A stretch of DNA of 64,000 bases, taken from positions 372,001 through 436,000 of the forward strand of contig NIVC01000025.1 in NCBI GenBank assembly GCA_002269645.1. The letters are read 5' to 3'. The notes beneath the pieces were generated by a model. That model was given only the letters and a program-made list of their open reading frames with translations. It was not told where the DNA came from and made no database searches. Below, one piece after another: positions 9,474 to 20,929 of the stretch. Position numbers and translations under genes: made by a program. Each line of letters opens with the position of its first letter. Position 1 is the stretch's first letter. The DNA is from Macrostomum lignano. Its lineage: Eukaryota.

Positions 9474-10381
9474 TGAAGTACTTCTCCTTCTCGGGTTCTC
9501 TAAGATGTTCCTAGAAAATAGAACCCGCTGCTCCTGAAGAAGCTAGATAGCACCGCAGTACTACCTATCGATTTGCCTGAAATGAACCTAAAACGTTGCC
9601 GTTACTTGGTAGGGTTGCTGCCACCTTGGTGTGCGGACTCGACGCGTCGGCAGAGTTGTCTATCCGTCACCTGAAAGAAAATTAACAAAGTCGCTCGAAG
9701 CAAGGCAAATCTGAAAAATGTCTCGACAGTCGATCGTCTTAGTAAATGCTGCTCGAACCTGAAAACCTGTAAAACCTGAAATGAGAGAGGAGAGCTCGAA
9801 GGCAGTGGCAGCTCCAATCTAGGAAGCTCCCGAACGCGGCTCACGATCTGGAGAAAAACGGCTCTCAGATACTCCGTATTTATAGCCGAGCGGACCCCCA
9901 AAAGTCACGTGAGTTTCATGCGGTGAGCGCGTGAAACTTCCTTATTTGGGCATTGGAATCATGCGGGCGACGCGTGATCCAAGGCCAACTTCCAAATAAG
10001 GCAACCCTGTCATGCAGCAGTGGCGTGACTCAAGGTCAGTGGCCACGCACAGAGTGCGTGCACAGTCAAGTGCTTAGGCTGTGCTAAAAATAGAATCGTG
10101 GGCGGATGAGTCATCCTGTTTACTCCCTCTAGGCAGCCCTTACACTCTGCGCAGGTGATGAGTCATCCTGCTACGCCTCCTCAGCACGAGTGGGAAGACA
10201 TTGAGTGTGGCTGCCCGCGCCCGCTCAGGCGATGAGTCATCGGGCAGTAAACACTTAGGCCCAGCACAGAGTATCTCTCTCACTAGCTCAGGTGGACTGA
10301 GCTACTGTGCAGCGGATCACAGCGCCCTTAGGGAAAGCTAGTGAATGCTGCTGAATAGCCAGTTAGCAGCCAGTCACTACA
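9474..10381 (-). repeat. 5' LTR with TATA box (9879-9884) and four AP-1-type TGAG/CTCA sites in U3
   Basis: Direct repeat of 764-1671; minus-strand TATAAA; TGACTCA at 10026, TGAGTCA at 10107, 10159, 10233. Confidence 0.95.
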
Positions 10382-11276
10382 CTCAAATATATATTTTTAA
10401 TTTTTTGCTAGGCTCCCTATTGAATAAATGTTGAAAACCCACAGATGTGCACTTTAGAAAAGAGTCAAAATTTTTACCATGCTTTAGGATTATTAGACTT
10501 AAAGATATTCCATTTCATCAAAATAAAAATTTGCCAACTTTCTAAAATCAAAATTGAAATTTCCAAAATCAAAATTCAGAAAAACAAAGTTTAGTATGAC
10601 CAATACTCACTTTTTTACTTTCAATTCACTGCTTATGCAAAACAAAATACATGTATACGTAGCAGATATTAGTTTATTTTTAATGACTTTTTAGACACTT
10701 CAAAATTTGAACTTCAAATTTTTTTCAAACTTAAAATTCGGATTTTCAAATTTAAATTTTCAGAACTTCTCTAAGATTTATAAATTACAAGTGTATAGGC
10801 CCCTTCCACAGAGGTTTTAGACCCCTTTCCATGTATATGTATTTGCTAGAGCAGCAGCCAGTAGGAAAGGGCAGCATATGCATAGGCGCTGCATATCTGT
10901 ACAAACACTGCGCTTTAAAAAAATTTCAAAAGTGCACCAAATGCCATCTGTGGTTTTACAATTTTTCCTATAAGGGCTAGGTTAGTAGCTAATAAATGTT
11001 TTCAATTTTTTCTTTCTCTTATAGTAAAAGACAATTTAGCATATTAAAACCACACTCAAATCTATTATATGGTATGCCAGAAAAAATTACCCCCCCCCTT
11101 ATACTATATATTCAAATTTATGACAGAAAAACAAATTTGCTCATGATCTATATGCCGTACATTATCAAAAAAGTGTTATAACAATATAGGACCTTTTTTG
11201 TTGCAATAATAAATGACCTTTTTTGTTGCAACAATATGAGACACTTTCTTGCATTACCACATTTGGTCTTTTATAT

Positions 11277-11538
11277 GATAACAGCTATGCCATATGCTGG
11301 CTCTGCAGCACAATTTTCTAGTAGATTGTTCTGTATGCCAGATACTCTGCCAACTATTTTTTCAAGTCTGTTATATGCTAGAATTTTCTAACATATATAT
11401 AAGATTTGATAACAGCTATGCCATATGCTGGCTCTGCAGCACAATTTTCTAGTAGATTGTTCTGTATGCCAGATACTCTGCCAACTATTTTTTCAAGTCT
11501 GTTATATGCTAGAATTTTTTAACATATATATAAGATTT
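11277..11538 (+). repeat. Near-perfect tandem duplication, 2 x ~131 bp
   Basis: GATAACAGCTATGCCATATGCTGG...ATAAGATTT repeated back to back. Confidence 0.9.
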
Positions 11539-13764
11539 GAGAGTGGGACATTAAAAACCATAGCATAGAGGGCCTAGTCTATTTCATACTTAAAGCTACA
11601 TCAAAAGAAAATTGATGAGATATTGTCATTTATATTAGACCTATGCTAGGCTTAGGCCATTATATACTAGGTATCTAATCTAAATATACTAAATCTCTTC
11701 TAAATATACTAAATCTCTAAGGTTTGTTTGTATGCTTGAATGTCCATAATGCTCTAGAACTCGCATTTCTTGACCAATAATATACTAAATCTGAAAATTT
11801 AATAGACTATGGGGGTCAATGTCTCTAATAGTGACAAATATAATCCACTTTAATAACAGCCACTTTGGTAACTACCTTTTTGGTAATAAAAAAGACAACT
11901 TCTATATACTATTATTCTCACTTGTTACTGAAATAGACTTTTACCAATAGTGACTAGGTCTTCTATACTTCTAAACATGATGGCCATGTCCATAATATAA
12001 AATGTTTTATGTGTAACCATGTCTATCATGTCAATGAAGCCTATATAGTGCTAGCTTTTGGGTTATTAATATTTAATAGGTTTATACTTAGAGATACAAA
12101 TGCCAAATGGTGGCTTAATGGCGGTGTTGCTAATATAGAATCCATTTGCACAGTAGCTATCTCTATTAGAAAAATGTAGAGCCATCATACATAAGTACAT
12201 GAAAAAAATGAGTATATGAGTACTAGTACATGAATTTTTTTGAAAGTAGAGACTCCAGTTAGATTTTGAAGGAAATTATTTTTTAGTATTTTTATCTTAT
12301 TTAATAAATCTCATTTGCCTAAATAAAAAGGGTTTTAAAAATTGGTCAAAAAATTTATAAAACTTTTTGTTATTTTAAATTTGCAACATTTTTAAAATGC
12401 ATTTGCCTATTCGGCACTGTTGCACTATGATCATCTAATATACTAAAAAATGGTTTGTTTGCCTGACTATCTAGGTATGTGATTGTTTTTGCTTTATAAC
12501 TTGAGATTTTTATTAATATTTTGGATATAACTTTTTTACTTAATGAATCTCTTTGCTTAATATCATTTTTAGCTTTTTTATCCCTTATTTATTGCTAAAA
12601 TACTAAATCTAATATAGCCAGAATTGTCAAAACCTTTACAATCAGCTTAAAAGTCATTTCTGGGCCTAAAATGCATGCAAGGACTATTAGCAAAGCATTT
12701 TTTGTCATTTTTTGGTATAACCAATGCCTTGGCTTTAGTTCTTAGTAGACATAATTTAGCATATAAAATTTGTTTCTTGACATGGTGCAATAAAAAACCC
12801 TTTGAAAAAGTAAAAACAATAAAGATTTTTCTAAATCTCAAGGATAAGCCTATCAAAAAAGAATTAGTTAAAAATTGAAAAAAATCCTTGACTATATTGG
12901 CTTTGCATTTCTAATGATTTTTTATGGTAGAGTATAGCATTTTTTTGATTTTACAAATTCAAAATCACATTTTTTGTAAAATAGGTTTCTTCAAAAATGA
13001 ACAACTTTGCAATGCAAATACATAGCACAAACAATATAAAATAAGTAGAAGAGAAAAAATACTTTTCATACTAAAAACTTCATCATCTTTATCATAGAAC
13101 TGGCTTTTTAAAAAACTGTGACACTCATAAATCACATAAACTTAAGATAGAATTAGTTTGCTACACAAATGAATCTTTTAATCTAGGCTAGTTTCTGTAA
13201 AAAAATATGAGCTTATCTATTTTAACCTGTTTCTTATTATGGATTTTCATTTCAATACTTCATATAAATTATTTTTTATAATAATTTTTTATGCATACAC
13301 TTGTACAAAGTATGAAGCATGTCAATGCTGTAACAATCTGTGCATCAATCATTTAATAGAGGAAATATCTTAGCTTGATCTGTGCATAGTTAAAAAGTTA
13401 TTTCTTGCATGAGAGAAAGCTGAGACAAAATATATCGAATGTGGATGGCAGTTAGATTTAGTTAGAGGCAAGTCGGCTAAGCGACATTGTCACACAACTG
13501 GCGACAGTCATTTCTGCCCAGTCCACTGGCATTCATTTGTCATGTGGGGCTTGTGTTCAAACTTCACACACATGAAGGCCGACCCCCAAGGCGCACTGAG
13601 TGTACATGAGTGTGTAAAAGTGCGATACTGCGTACAGTATTGACGTACTTGTATGTGCCCAGGTGCTTATAATGCTTCTGCAATTAATATTGATGTTAAT
13701 ATCAGACAGAAGGCACTAGTGTAAACTATCTGGGTTTATTTCAGCTATAGAAGACTCAGTAACT

Positions 13765-14493
13765 ATGCTGCATAGCAACGATATTAAGCTAGACATGGGC
13801 GGCGGTCTAGCCGAAGATTTCATGTACAGCAACAATGTGGCCTCGGCCCAGATCTACATCCGCATGGGATTCTTGCGCAAAGTGTACGGCATCCTGTCTG
13901 CTCAGCTGCTGGTCACCAGCCTGGTCTGTGCCGCATTCTTGACTAACGCCGAAGCGGTGAAAGCCTCGCTTCATGGTGGCATGTTCGGCCTATTGGTGTT
14001 CTGCTTCCTTGCCACTATGGGCCTCGTGTTTGCCCTGCACTGGAAGGCCAGGGAGACCCCTATTAACTTTGTGCTGCTGTTCGCCTTCACCCTGTGCGAA
14101 TCTGTCACCGTAGGATTCTGCGTTGTGCATTATTCAGTTGGCCTGGTGCTGCAGGCTCTGCTGCTTACTCTGCTTGTGACCGTTGGCCTGACACTCTTCA
14201 CTCTGCAGACTAAACGCGATTTTAGCGCTTGGGAAGCTCCGCTACTGGTGGCTCTGCTGCTGCTATTAGGAGGCTGCGTTATTCAAATGTTTGTACAGAG
14301 CAGCGCCCTTCATCTGGCCATTTCTCTTGGCGGAGCCTTCTTATTCTCGCTGTTTATTGTGTTTGACACGGCCAATATTATGCACAAGGTCAGCCCCGAG
14401 GAGTACATCTTGGCTAGCGTTGATCTCTACCTGGATATCATCAACTTGTTTCTCTACATTCTGCGCATTCTCAACGCTTTGAAGAAAGATTAA
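13765..14493 (+). CDS. TMBIM4: Transmembrane BAX inhibitor motif protein 4 (lifeguard 4 / GAAP), single coding exon, 242 aa
   Basis: DFMYSNNVASA..IRMGFLRKVYGILSAQL N-terminal signature, multiple hydrophobic segments, di-aspartyl motifs IVFDT and LYLDIINLF. Confidence 0.92.
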   Translation: MLHSNDIKLDMGGGLAEDFMYSNNVASAQIYIRMGFLRKVYGILSAQLLVTSLVCAAFLTNAEAVKASLHGGMFGLLVFCFLATMGLVFALHWKARETPINFVLLFAFTLCESVTVGFCVVHYSVGLVLQALLLTLLVTVGLTLFTLQTKRDFSAWEAPLLVALLLLLGGCVIQMFVQSSALHLAISLGGAFLFSLFIVFDTANIMHKVSPEEYILASVDLYLDIINLFLYILRILNALKKD

Positions 14494-15521
14494 TCCGACT
14501 TTTCAATTGAAAGTTGATGACTAGACTGACTTATTAAAGGGTTAAGACTGTTGAAAACGTTACTGTGACAAGAATTGCTAAAGAGTCATTGAAAACAAAT
14601 CAGTGGGGACTTTAGCAACTCTGGTGCGACTGTTGAGTCACGAGAGCGCATCACGTGAGCTACAGAATCGTCAAAAGAGTCGTTGTGTTAGCGCTTAACT
14701 TTCTACTGACTCAAGTAGACTAAATAGAGTTGTTATAGTGACGCAGATGCGCTGTAGATGCAACTCAATGATTCTACAGGGACTCCAGAAAGCCTCAGAG
14801 GCCCAGAGTCGTTTCAGAGTCGCAGACAATAAAAAAACGTCTCAAATAGACTCTTAGGCGACCCTTGGACGACTTTTTTGTGACTTGTACCGTCACAGCC
14901 CGTCTTTTTAAAGTCGTCTAGAGTCACTTATTTCCCATTTCACCTGTGTTACCTGCAACGACTTTGGAGCGACGCAAATGACTAAAAGATACATGTCTAA
15001 AAGATTATATTAAAAGGGTAAAAAATGTTTTTATGTTTTAATTTAGGTTTTAAAATTAATAAAGAATAATTCTTCAGCTATTAATAATTAAAGAACGGCA
15101 GTGCTACTGTAACCTTTGTGATAAATTCACAGCTTTACTAATGTATAGAGAGTTTCTATTTTAAGTTTTTCAACTTCTTGGTAAAAAAACTGGCACATCA
15201 AAGATTTTATTTATTCAGAAAATTATTGTTATTCAGACTTGAGCTGCTACTAAGGCAAGTAGACTTTTGCGCGTGTTTTTCCTCTTTTTATTTTTCCTCT
15301 AGTTTTTTTCTTGAAATCTGCAGATAATTTAATACAGTAATTTTTTGACCAATAATAAGTGTTGACTGTACTTTTGTCTAATATTCACATTGCTATATGG
15401 CACTTATTATTTGTCCAGAGCAGTAACTTTCCTTAAATTTGTTTTTTTTTAATTAAGCGCGTTGTTGGGTATTTTGTTTTTTTTGCCGTAACAAACCGAT
15501 GTGTTATACTCCTGTCTGCAG

Positions 15522-15978
15522 CACAGATACTTATAATAACTAAGACTAGATGGGTCACTCAGCACATTTGCGTGTAAGCTACTTTTCAGTAGTAAATTAA
15601 ACTGAAGAATTTTATGTATTTTTACTTAGACTTATTTATTGGCTCTTAATTACCCCTCCACCCCAAGCTAAACCTTCCAACTCCACACTTAGCCTCTACC
15701 CCCACCCCGCCACCCAATTTTTATTGCCTTTCTCGGAATTCCAGCCTAAAGCTGCCATGTACATTTCAGTGGACTGGCCAATGTACATTATGGCGAACCA
15801 ATTAGCAAGCTGTTTACGCCAGCAAGATTGGACTTCTAAACTTATCAAAGTCATTTCAGCTGCCTCTATTTTTATAAAATAGCTTATGTATTCTTCTTTG
15901 CTACTGAACTGAAAATAGAAAGCTGTTTTACTAAGCATATAAGTCTGAGTGACCCATCTGGTTATTTTAGTATCTGTG
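15522..15978. mobile_element. MITE-like element with imperfect ~35-bp TIRs (copy 1)
   Basis: CACAGATACT...AGATGGGTCACTCAG versus CTGAGTGACCCATCT...AGTATCTGTG; a second, inverted copy lies at 16931-17092 + 22442-22718; no clear TSD. Confidence 0.7.
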
Positions 15979-16254
15979 GCCCTCTGCAGTTAGCTTAATC
16001 AACACTTCATTATCTTTGTTTGCTTTTTGCTGCTGAAGAAAAAACTTTAACTTCATATAAGCTACACAGCTTTTTCGAGTCTTATTTTCCAACCAAAGCC
16101 ACTGGGATTAATCTGAGTTGCATTAAATTTTGCTAATTGACACTTCAAGACTGGTAACCCCACTTTTTGTCATTTTTGTTCTTCGCATCGTCAATTGGGT
16201 TCTTTTTGAGTTAAATATTTCTTGTATCAAATTTATTAGTTTTTGTTACACGCT

Positions 16255-16515
16255 CGGGGAATCGAGTCTAGAACGTCCTGGTTAATTCCAATTTAAATTA
16301 TTTAAGCTGAGATTTGAGGATACAAGGAATCGAACCTAGGACCTCTAAGCTATCCGAACTATTTAAATTTAAATGGTCACGGAATGGCCTTGGATTTGAG
16401 GAGTCTAGGAATCGAACCTAGGACCTCTGATTTATCCAAACTATTTAAATGGTCACTGCTAAATGCTTTTAGATTTAAGGAGTCTAGGAATCGAAACTAG
16501 GACCTCCGATCTACC
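16255..16515. repeat. Degenerate ~70-80-bp tandem repeat (4 units) carrying a reverse tRNA B-box-like motif
   Basis: GGAATCGAACCTAGGACCTC recurs at ~16258, 16326, 16408, 16487. Confidence 0.65.
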
Positions 16516-16567
16516 ATATAAAATGGATAATTCTGCAATATTTGAATTCGCACAGCAGAGCATTGGC

Positions 16568-16867
16568 ATGGCACGGCGCAAGGCACAGCCGCGTAACAGT
16601 CGGAGTCGTGGATCTACAGATCAGACCAGCTCGGCAACTCCGCATCAGCGACAGCTGCCGCAGCAACTAGGAGAGTCTGTAGCCCTGCCGTTCCGACCAT
16701 TCTGGGCCAGTACGCCAGCTGATCCAATGTCGGCCAATGTCCGAACCTCCTCGGCTGGAGCTGCGCCGCCTCCGCCAGAACGGGCGGCAGCTTCGGCAGC
16801 GTCTGCCGCGGTGCTGTCTGGCATGCGCAACAACTCATCTGCTGGGGACAGCCGGCGGCAGGGCCGG
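16568..16867 (+). CDS. CENPA: cenH3/CENP-A-like histone, exon 1 (100-aa N-terminal tail)
   Basis: Starts MARRK (H3 starts MARTK); GC-rich low-complexity coding; phase-0 donor CGG|GTGAGT matches the phase-0 acceptor at 22933. Confidence 0.6.
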
Positions 16868-19490
16868 GTGAGTTGCTAGGGATTTCACTGGTCTCTGGTA
16901 GAGTGTTTAGTGTCCCTGTCACCTGATGCAAGATACTAGAATAACTAGATGGCCACTCGGGCATATATAACTTAGTGAAACAGCTTTCTACTTTCAGTTC
17001 AGTAGCAATAAAGAATACAGAAGCAATTTTATAAAAATAAAGCCAGCTTAAATGACTTTGATTAGTTTAGAAGCCCAATATTGCTGGCGTAACCCTCTGG
17101 TAAACAAACCAGATAACACCACAAGATAACATTCGCTCAAACAAGATAACATGCCCTATTCCGGTTATGCAAAATGTTATCTTGTATGAATCTTGTTTGC
17201 GTGACGAAATCTTACGTTTCCTTGTTTCAAACAAGATTCAAAAAGGATTTGCTGACCAGATAACAGTCGGGTGGGTAATTCATGCGAATCCTGCAGGGAA
17301 ACACCGTGTTATCCTGTTTGTTATCTTGTTTGTTATCCTGTCTGGCAAACAGGATTCGTTGACCAGGTAACAGTCGGGTAATTCATGCGAATCCTGCAGG
17401 GAAACACCGTATTATCCTGTTTGTTATCTTGTTTGTTATCCTGTCTGGCAAACAGGATTCGCTGACTAAGGTAACAGTCGGGTAATTCATGCGAAAAAAG
17501 CCGGAAGGCATTGACATCAAATTTCGCAGTAAAGAAGCGTATAAAAAAGTTGGTGCTTCAAGATGTTGTGAGTAGCATCTATTAACAGTGGGTGTCATTT
17601 GTAAGCGCCTTATACAAACTAAACAAGGAACAGGAACAAGCTCTCAACAGGAACGGAAACTTCTGGAGAACAGCGTGGCATACGTCTGAGTTTCGGGAGT
17701 CCAGTTATAAGTAGACCTACTTATACTGTGGATACTAATTGACACTACTGAATTGGTGATCTGCTGCGAGCTGGTGCTGAGTCGCAGGTCGGACCTGCTG
17801 TACTCGGACGCGACTCTGATGGCAGTCGACGCGTGGGCCAGACGTTTGAAAGATCGGGTTGCGCGCGTGGAAGGCGATTAATGAGACCACTGACGGGGGC
17901 TTGCATTATAATCCGGCGCAATGGAACGACTCTGCATTATTAAAGTTAAATTAAATGGCGATGGAAAGCAGTTTATCCGAAATATACACAATTATAAAGA
18001 AACAGTAATGTACATACACACTCGATCGTCTAGCTCTAACAGACAGCGACGGTTCGCCGACAATCATTGCCAGATTGTACGACTGTTCACTAGTAATGTC
18101 AGCTGCGTCGATAGAATTGTCATTCGTAGCATAGTCGTCGTCCGGAATCAACTGGCTTTCGTTGATCGGCTGCTCGTAGACCGGAGACAAAGTGAATGGT
18201 GTATCATTTGATGCGTCGGCTCGCGCGGCGATGGCTTCGTTGCGTCCACGAAATGCCGACTGCGCTGGAAACTCGTACCTGATTGTCTTCGCAATCCCGT
18301 GCGCCAACGGTGATATCCAACCGACTTGGCGTTGCAGATGTCGCTAGTGCGATGGACGATCGTCCAACGGCGTCATCAACTGCGTCGTTCGAAGCAGTGA
18401 CACCCTCCGGAAAAAGTGGCTGACAAGATTGCCGACACTCATGGTCTGTAACGACTACTCTCTTGACTTGTTCGAGGATTTATTAAATCTCGACAAGATT
18501 ACCGACACTCGTAGTCTGTAACGACTACTCTCTTGACTTGATCTGCTCACGGCTGGTGCAACTGCAAACGCCTTAGACAAACCAATGGAGCATGCACCGA
18601 CAAAAATCGGATTAGCGTCTATCTTAATAGGAAAGCTGCTTTGCATACTGGGCCAGTTAGAGCTATTTAAAACTATGCCACAGTCTCCGTCTAGACACCC
18701 AGCTGTGCCAAACAATATGGTTGGCTGACTATGTTTCTAAGCGTCAAATATGACGATAGAATCATTCAGCCCGTTGACACACTAAGCAGCTGTGACAGAC
18801 TACATGCCAGTGGAAGTCAAACCTCTCGCACACAATCAGGGCGCAACAATTTTTCAATTGTCACCTGTACGGAGGATGGGCACAGCCTCACATTACGGAC
18901 GCTACAGTGCCGCCGTAAAGCAGATCAATTCACCTTGCAATTTCGAGGCTTTTTTACCCCTCGGATTAAAGATTGACCCGCATAGTCAAAAAAAGTGACT
19001 ACTCTTAGCAGCTGCCTTGAGCTACAAAAGACGCGAGGATTGATTACCCCTCGTAGGTCAGCATTTTCAGTCAACTGCTCAACTCTGATTCATCGGTTGA
19101 AGCGGGGTTCCATTATCCCTTGCTGGTGGCCATACACCAACACTGCAGACGCTTTAGACAACCCAATGGAGCATGCTCTAGCAAGAGCTAGAATAACGTC
19201 TGTCTTAAAAAAGGCTACCTTAGAACTGGGCCAGTAGGAGCTTTTGGAACCATGCCACAGCTCCATCTAGACACCCAGCTGCACCAGATAATAGGGTAAT
19301 CTGATACACTAAGTAACCGCGACAGACTACATGCCATTGGGAGTCAAACCTCTCCAGCACAATAGGAATGCAATAGTTTGTCGGAGAGCCAACAAAGCTA
19401 TCACCTGCAGGGAGGGTGGGCACGGCCTCACATTACGAGCGCTAGCGTTTGCTGATATATGGTACTTTACCCCTCGCAGGTCAGCTCATC

Positions 19491-20414
19491 AGCTGCCTTG
19501 AGCCACAACAGAAGCGAGGATTGATTATCCATCGCAGGTCAGCTTATAAAAGCTGCCTTGAGCCACACTAGAAGCGAGGATTGATTATCCATCGCAGGTC
19601 AGCTTATAAAAGCTGCCTTGAGCCACACTAGAAGCGAGGATTGATTATCCATCGCAGGTCAGCTTATAAAAGCTGCCTTGAGCCACACTAGAAGCGAGGA
19701 TTGATTATCCATCGCAGGTCAGCTTATAAAAGCTGCCTTGAGCCACACTAGAAGCGAGGATTGATTATCCATCGCAGGTCAGCTTATAAAAGCTGCCTTG
19801 AGCCACACTAGAAGCGAGGATTGATTATCCATCGCAGGTCAGCTTATAAAAGCTGCCTTGAGCCACACTAGAAGCGAGGATTGATTATCCATCGCAGGTC
19901 AGCTTATAAAAGCTGCCTTGAGCCACACTAGAAGCGAGGATTGATTATCCATCGCAGGTCAGCTTATAAAAGCTGCCTTGAGCCACACTAGAAGCGAGGA
20001 TTGATTATCCATCGCAGGTCAGCTTATAAAAGCTGCCTTGAGCCACACTAGAAGCGAGGATTGATTATCCATCGCAGGTCAGCTTATAAAAGCTGCCTTG
20101 AGCCACACTAGAAGCGAGGATTGATTATCCATCGCAGGTCAGCTTATAAAAGCTGCCTTGAGCCACACTAGAAGCGAGGATTGATTATCCATCGCAGGTC
20201 AGCTTATAAAAGCTGCCTTGAGCCACACTAGAAGCGAGGATTGATTATCCATCGCAGGTCAGCTTATAAAAGCTGCCTTGAGCCACACTAGAAGCGAGGA
20301 TTGATTTCCATCGCAGGTCAGCTTATAAAAGCTGCCTTGAGCCACACCAGAAGCGAGGATTTATTATCCATCGCAGGTCAGCATAGGAGCTGCCTTGAGT
20401 CACAACAGACGCGA
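19491..20414 (+). repeat. 60-bp minisatellite, ~15 copies, ~12 identical
   Basis: AGCTGCCTTGAGCCACACTAGAAGCGAGGATTGATTATCCATCGCAGGTCAGCTTATAAA; consecutive 60-nt lines are identical. Confidence 0.98.
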
Positions 20415-20929
20415 AGACCAGTCTTATCCATAACTTCATCGAGATTCGAGTCCATGGGAGCTGATTCCTGTGGATTTGCCGAATCACTTGGGCTAGATAA
20501 CTGAGGAATTCCGACTGAACTCCTGAAATCCCATTCAGAACATTTTCATTTGGAAAACCTGAAATTTGGGTCTACAATCAGAATTTAGCAGTGTTGAACA
20601 ATGAAAAATTTTGGAAAGTGCAGCCGGAACAGCTTTCCTTTTTCCCGAACTTTTGCAGGATCACATTTCCGGAAAAAGGGGCTATTCCGGGCCAAAAATG
20701 CTGATCCGGGCCTTCACTTGGAAATCAATTAATAAATCGGGTCTGGATCACGAAATTCTGGAAAAAATTCTGGGTGAAAAGTACAACGGGATCTTACAGA
20801 CCGGATAACACATCTTGATTAAAATATTTTCCATTATCTGGTTTGCAAACCAGATTCGCATCATGTTATCCGGTAAATTTCAGATTCACACAGGTTTCTT
20901 ACAGACTAGATGACACACAGTTATCTCGA

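Larger units (their letters stand above)
764..10381 (-). mobile_element. Full-length Ty3/gypsy LTR retrotransposon (~9.6 kb), defective
   Basis: Two 908-bp direct LTRs (764-1671, 9474-10381; TG...CA on minus), CTCA TSD at 760-763 and 10382-10385, PBS, PPT, gag with CCHC knuckle, pol in PR-RT-RH-IN order. Confidence 0.97.

Noticed and set aside
18770-18830. LIM-like WHxxCxxCxxC string on the minus strand
   Set aside because: No upstream CxxC, stops on both sides, and the cysteines are not kept in the paralogous block
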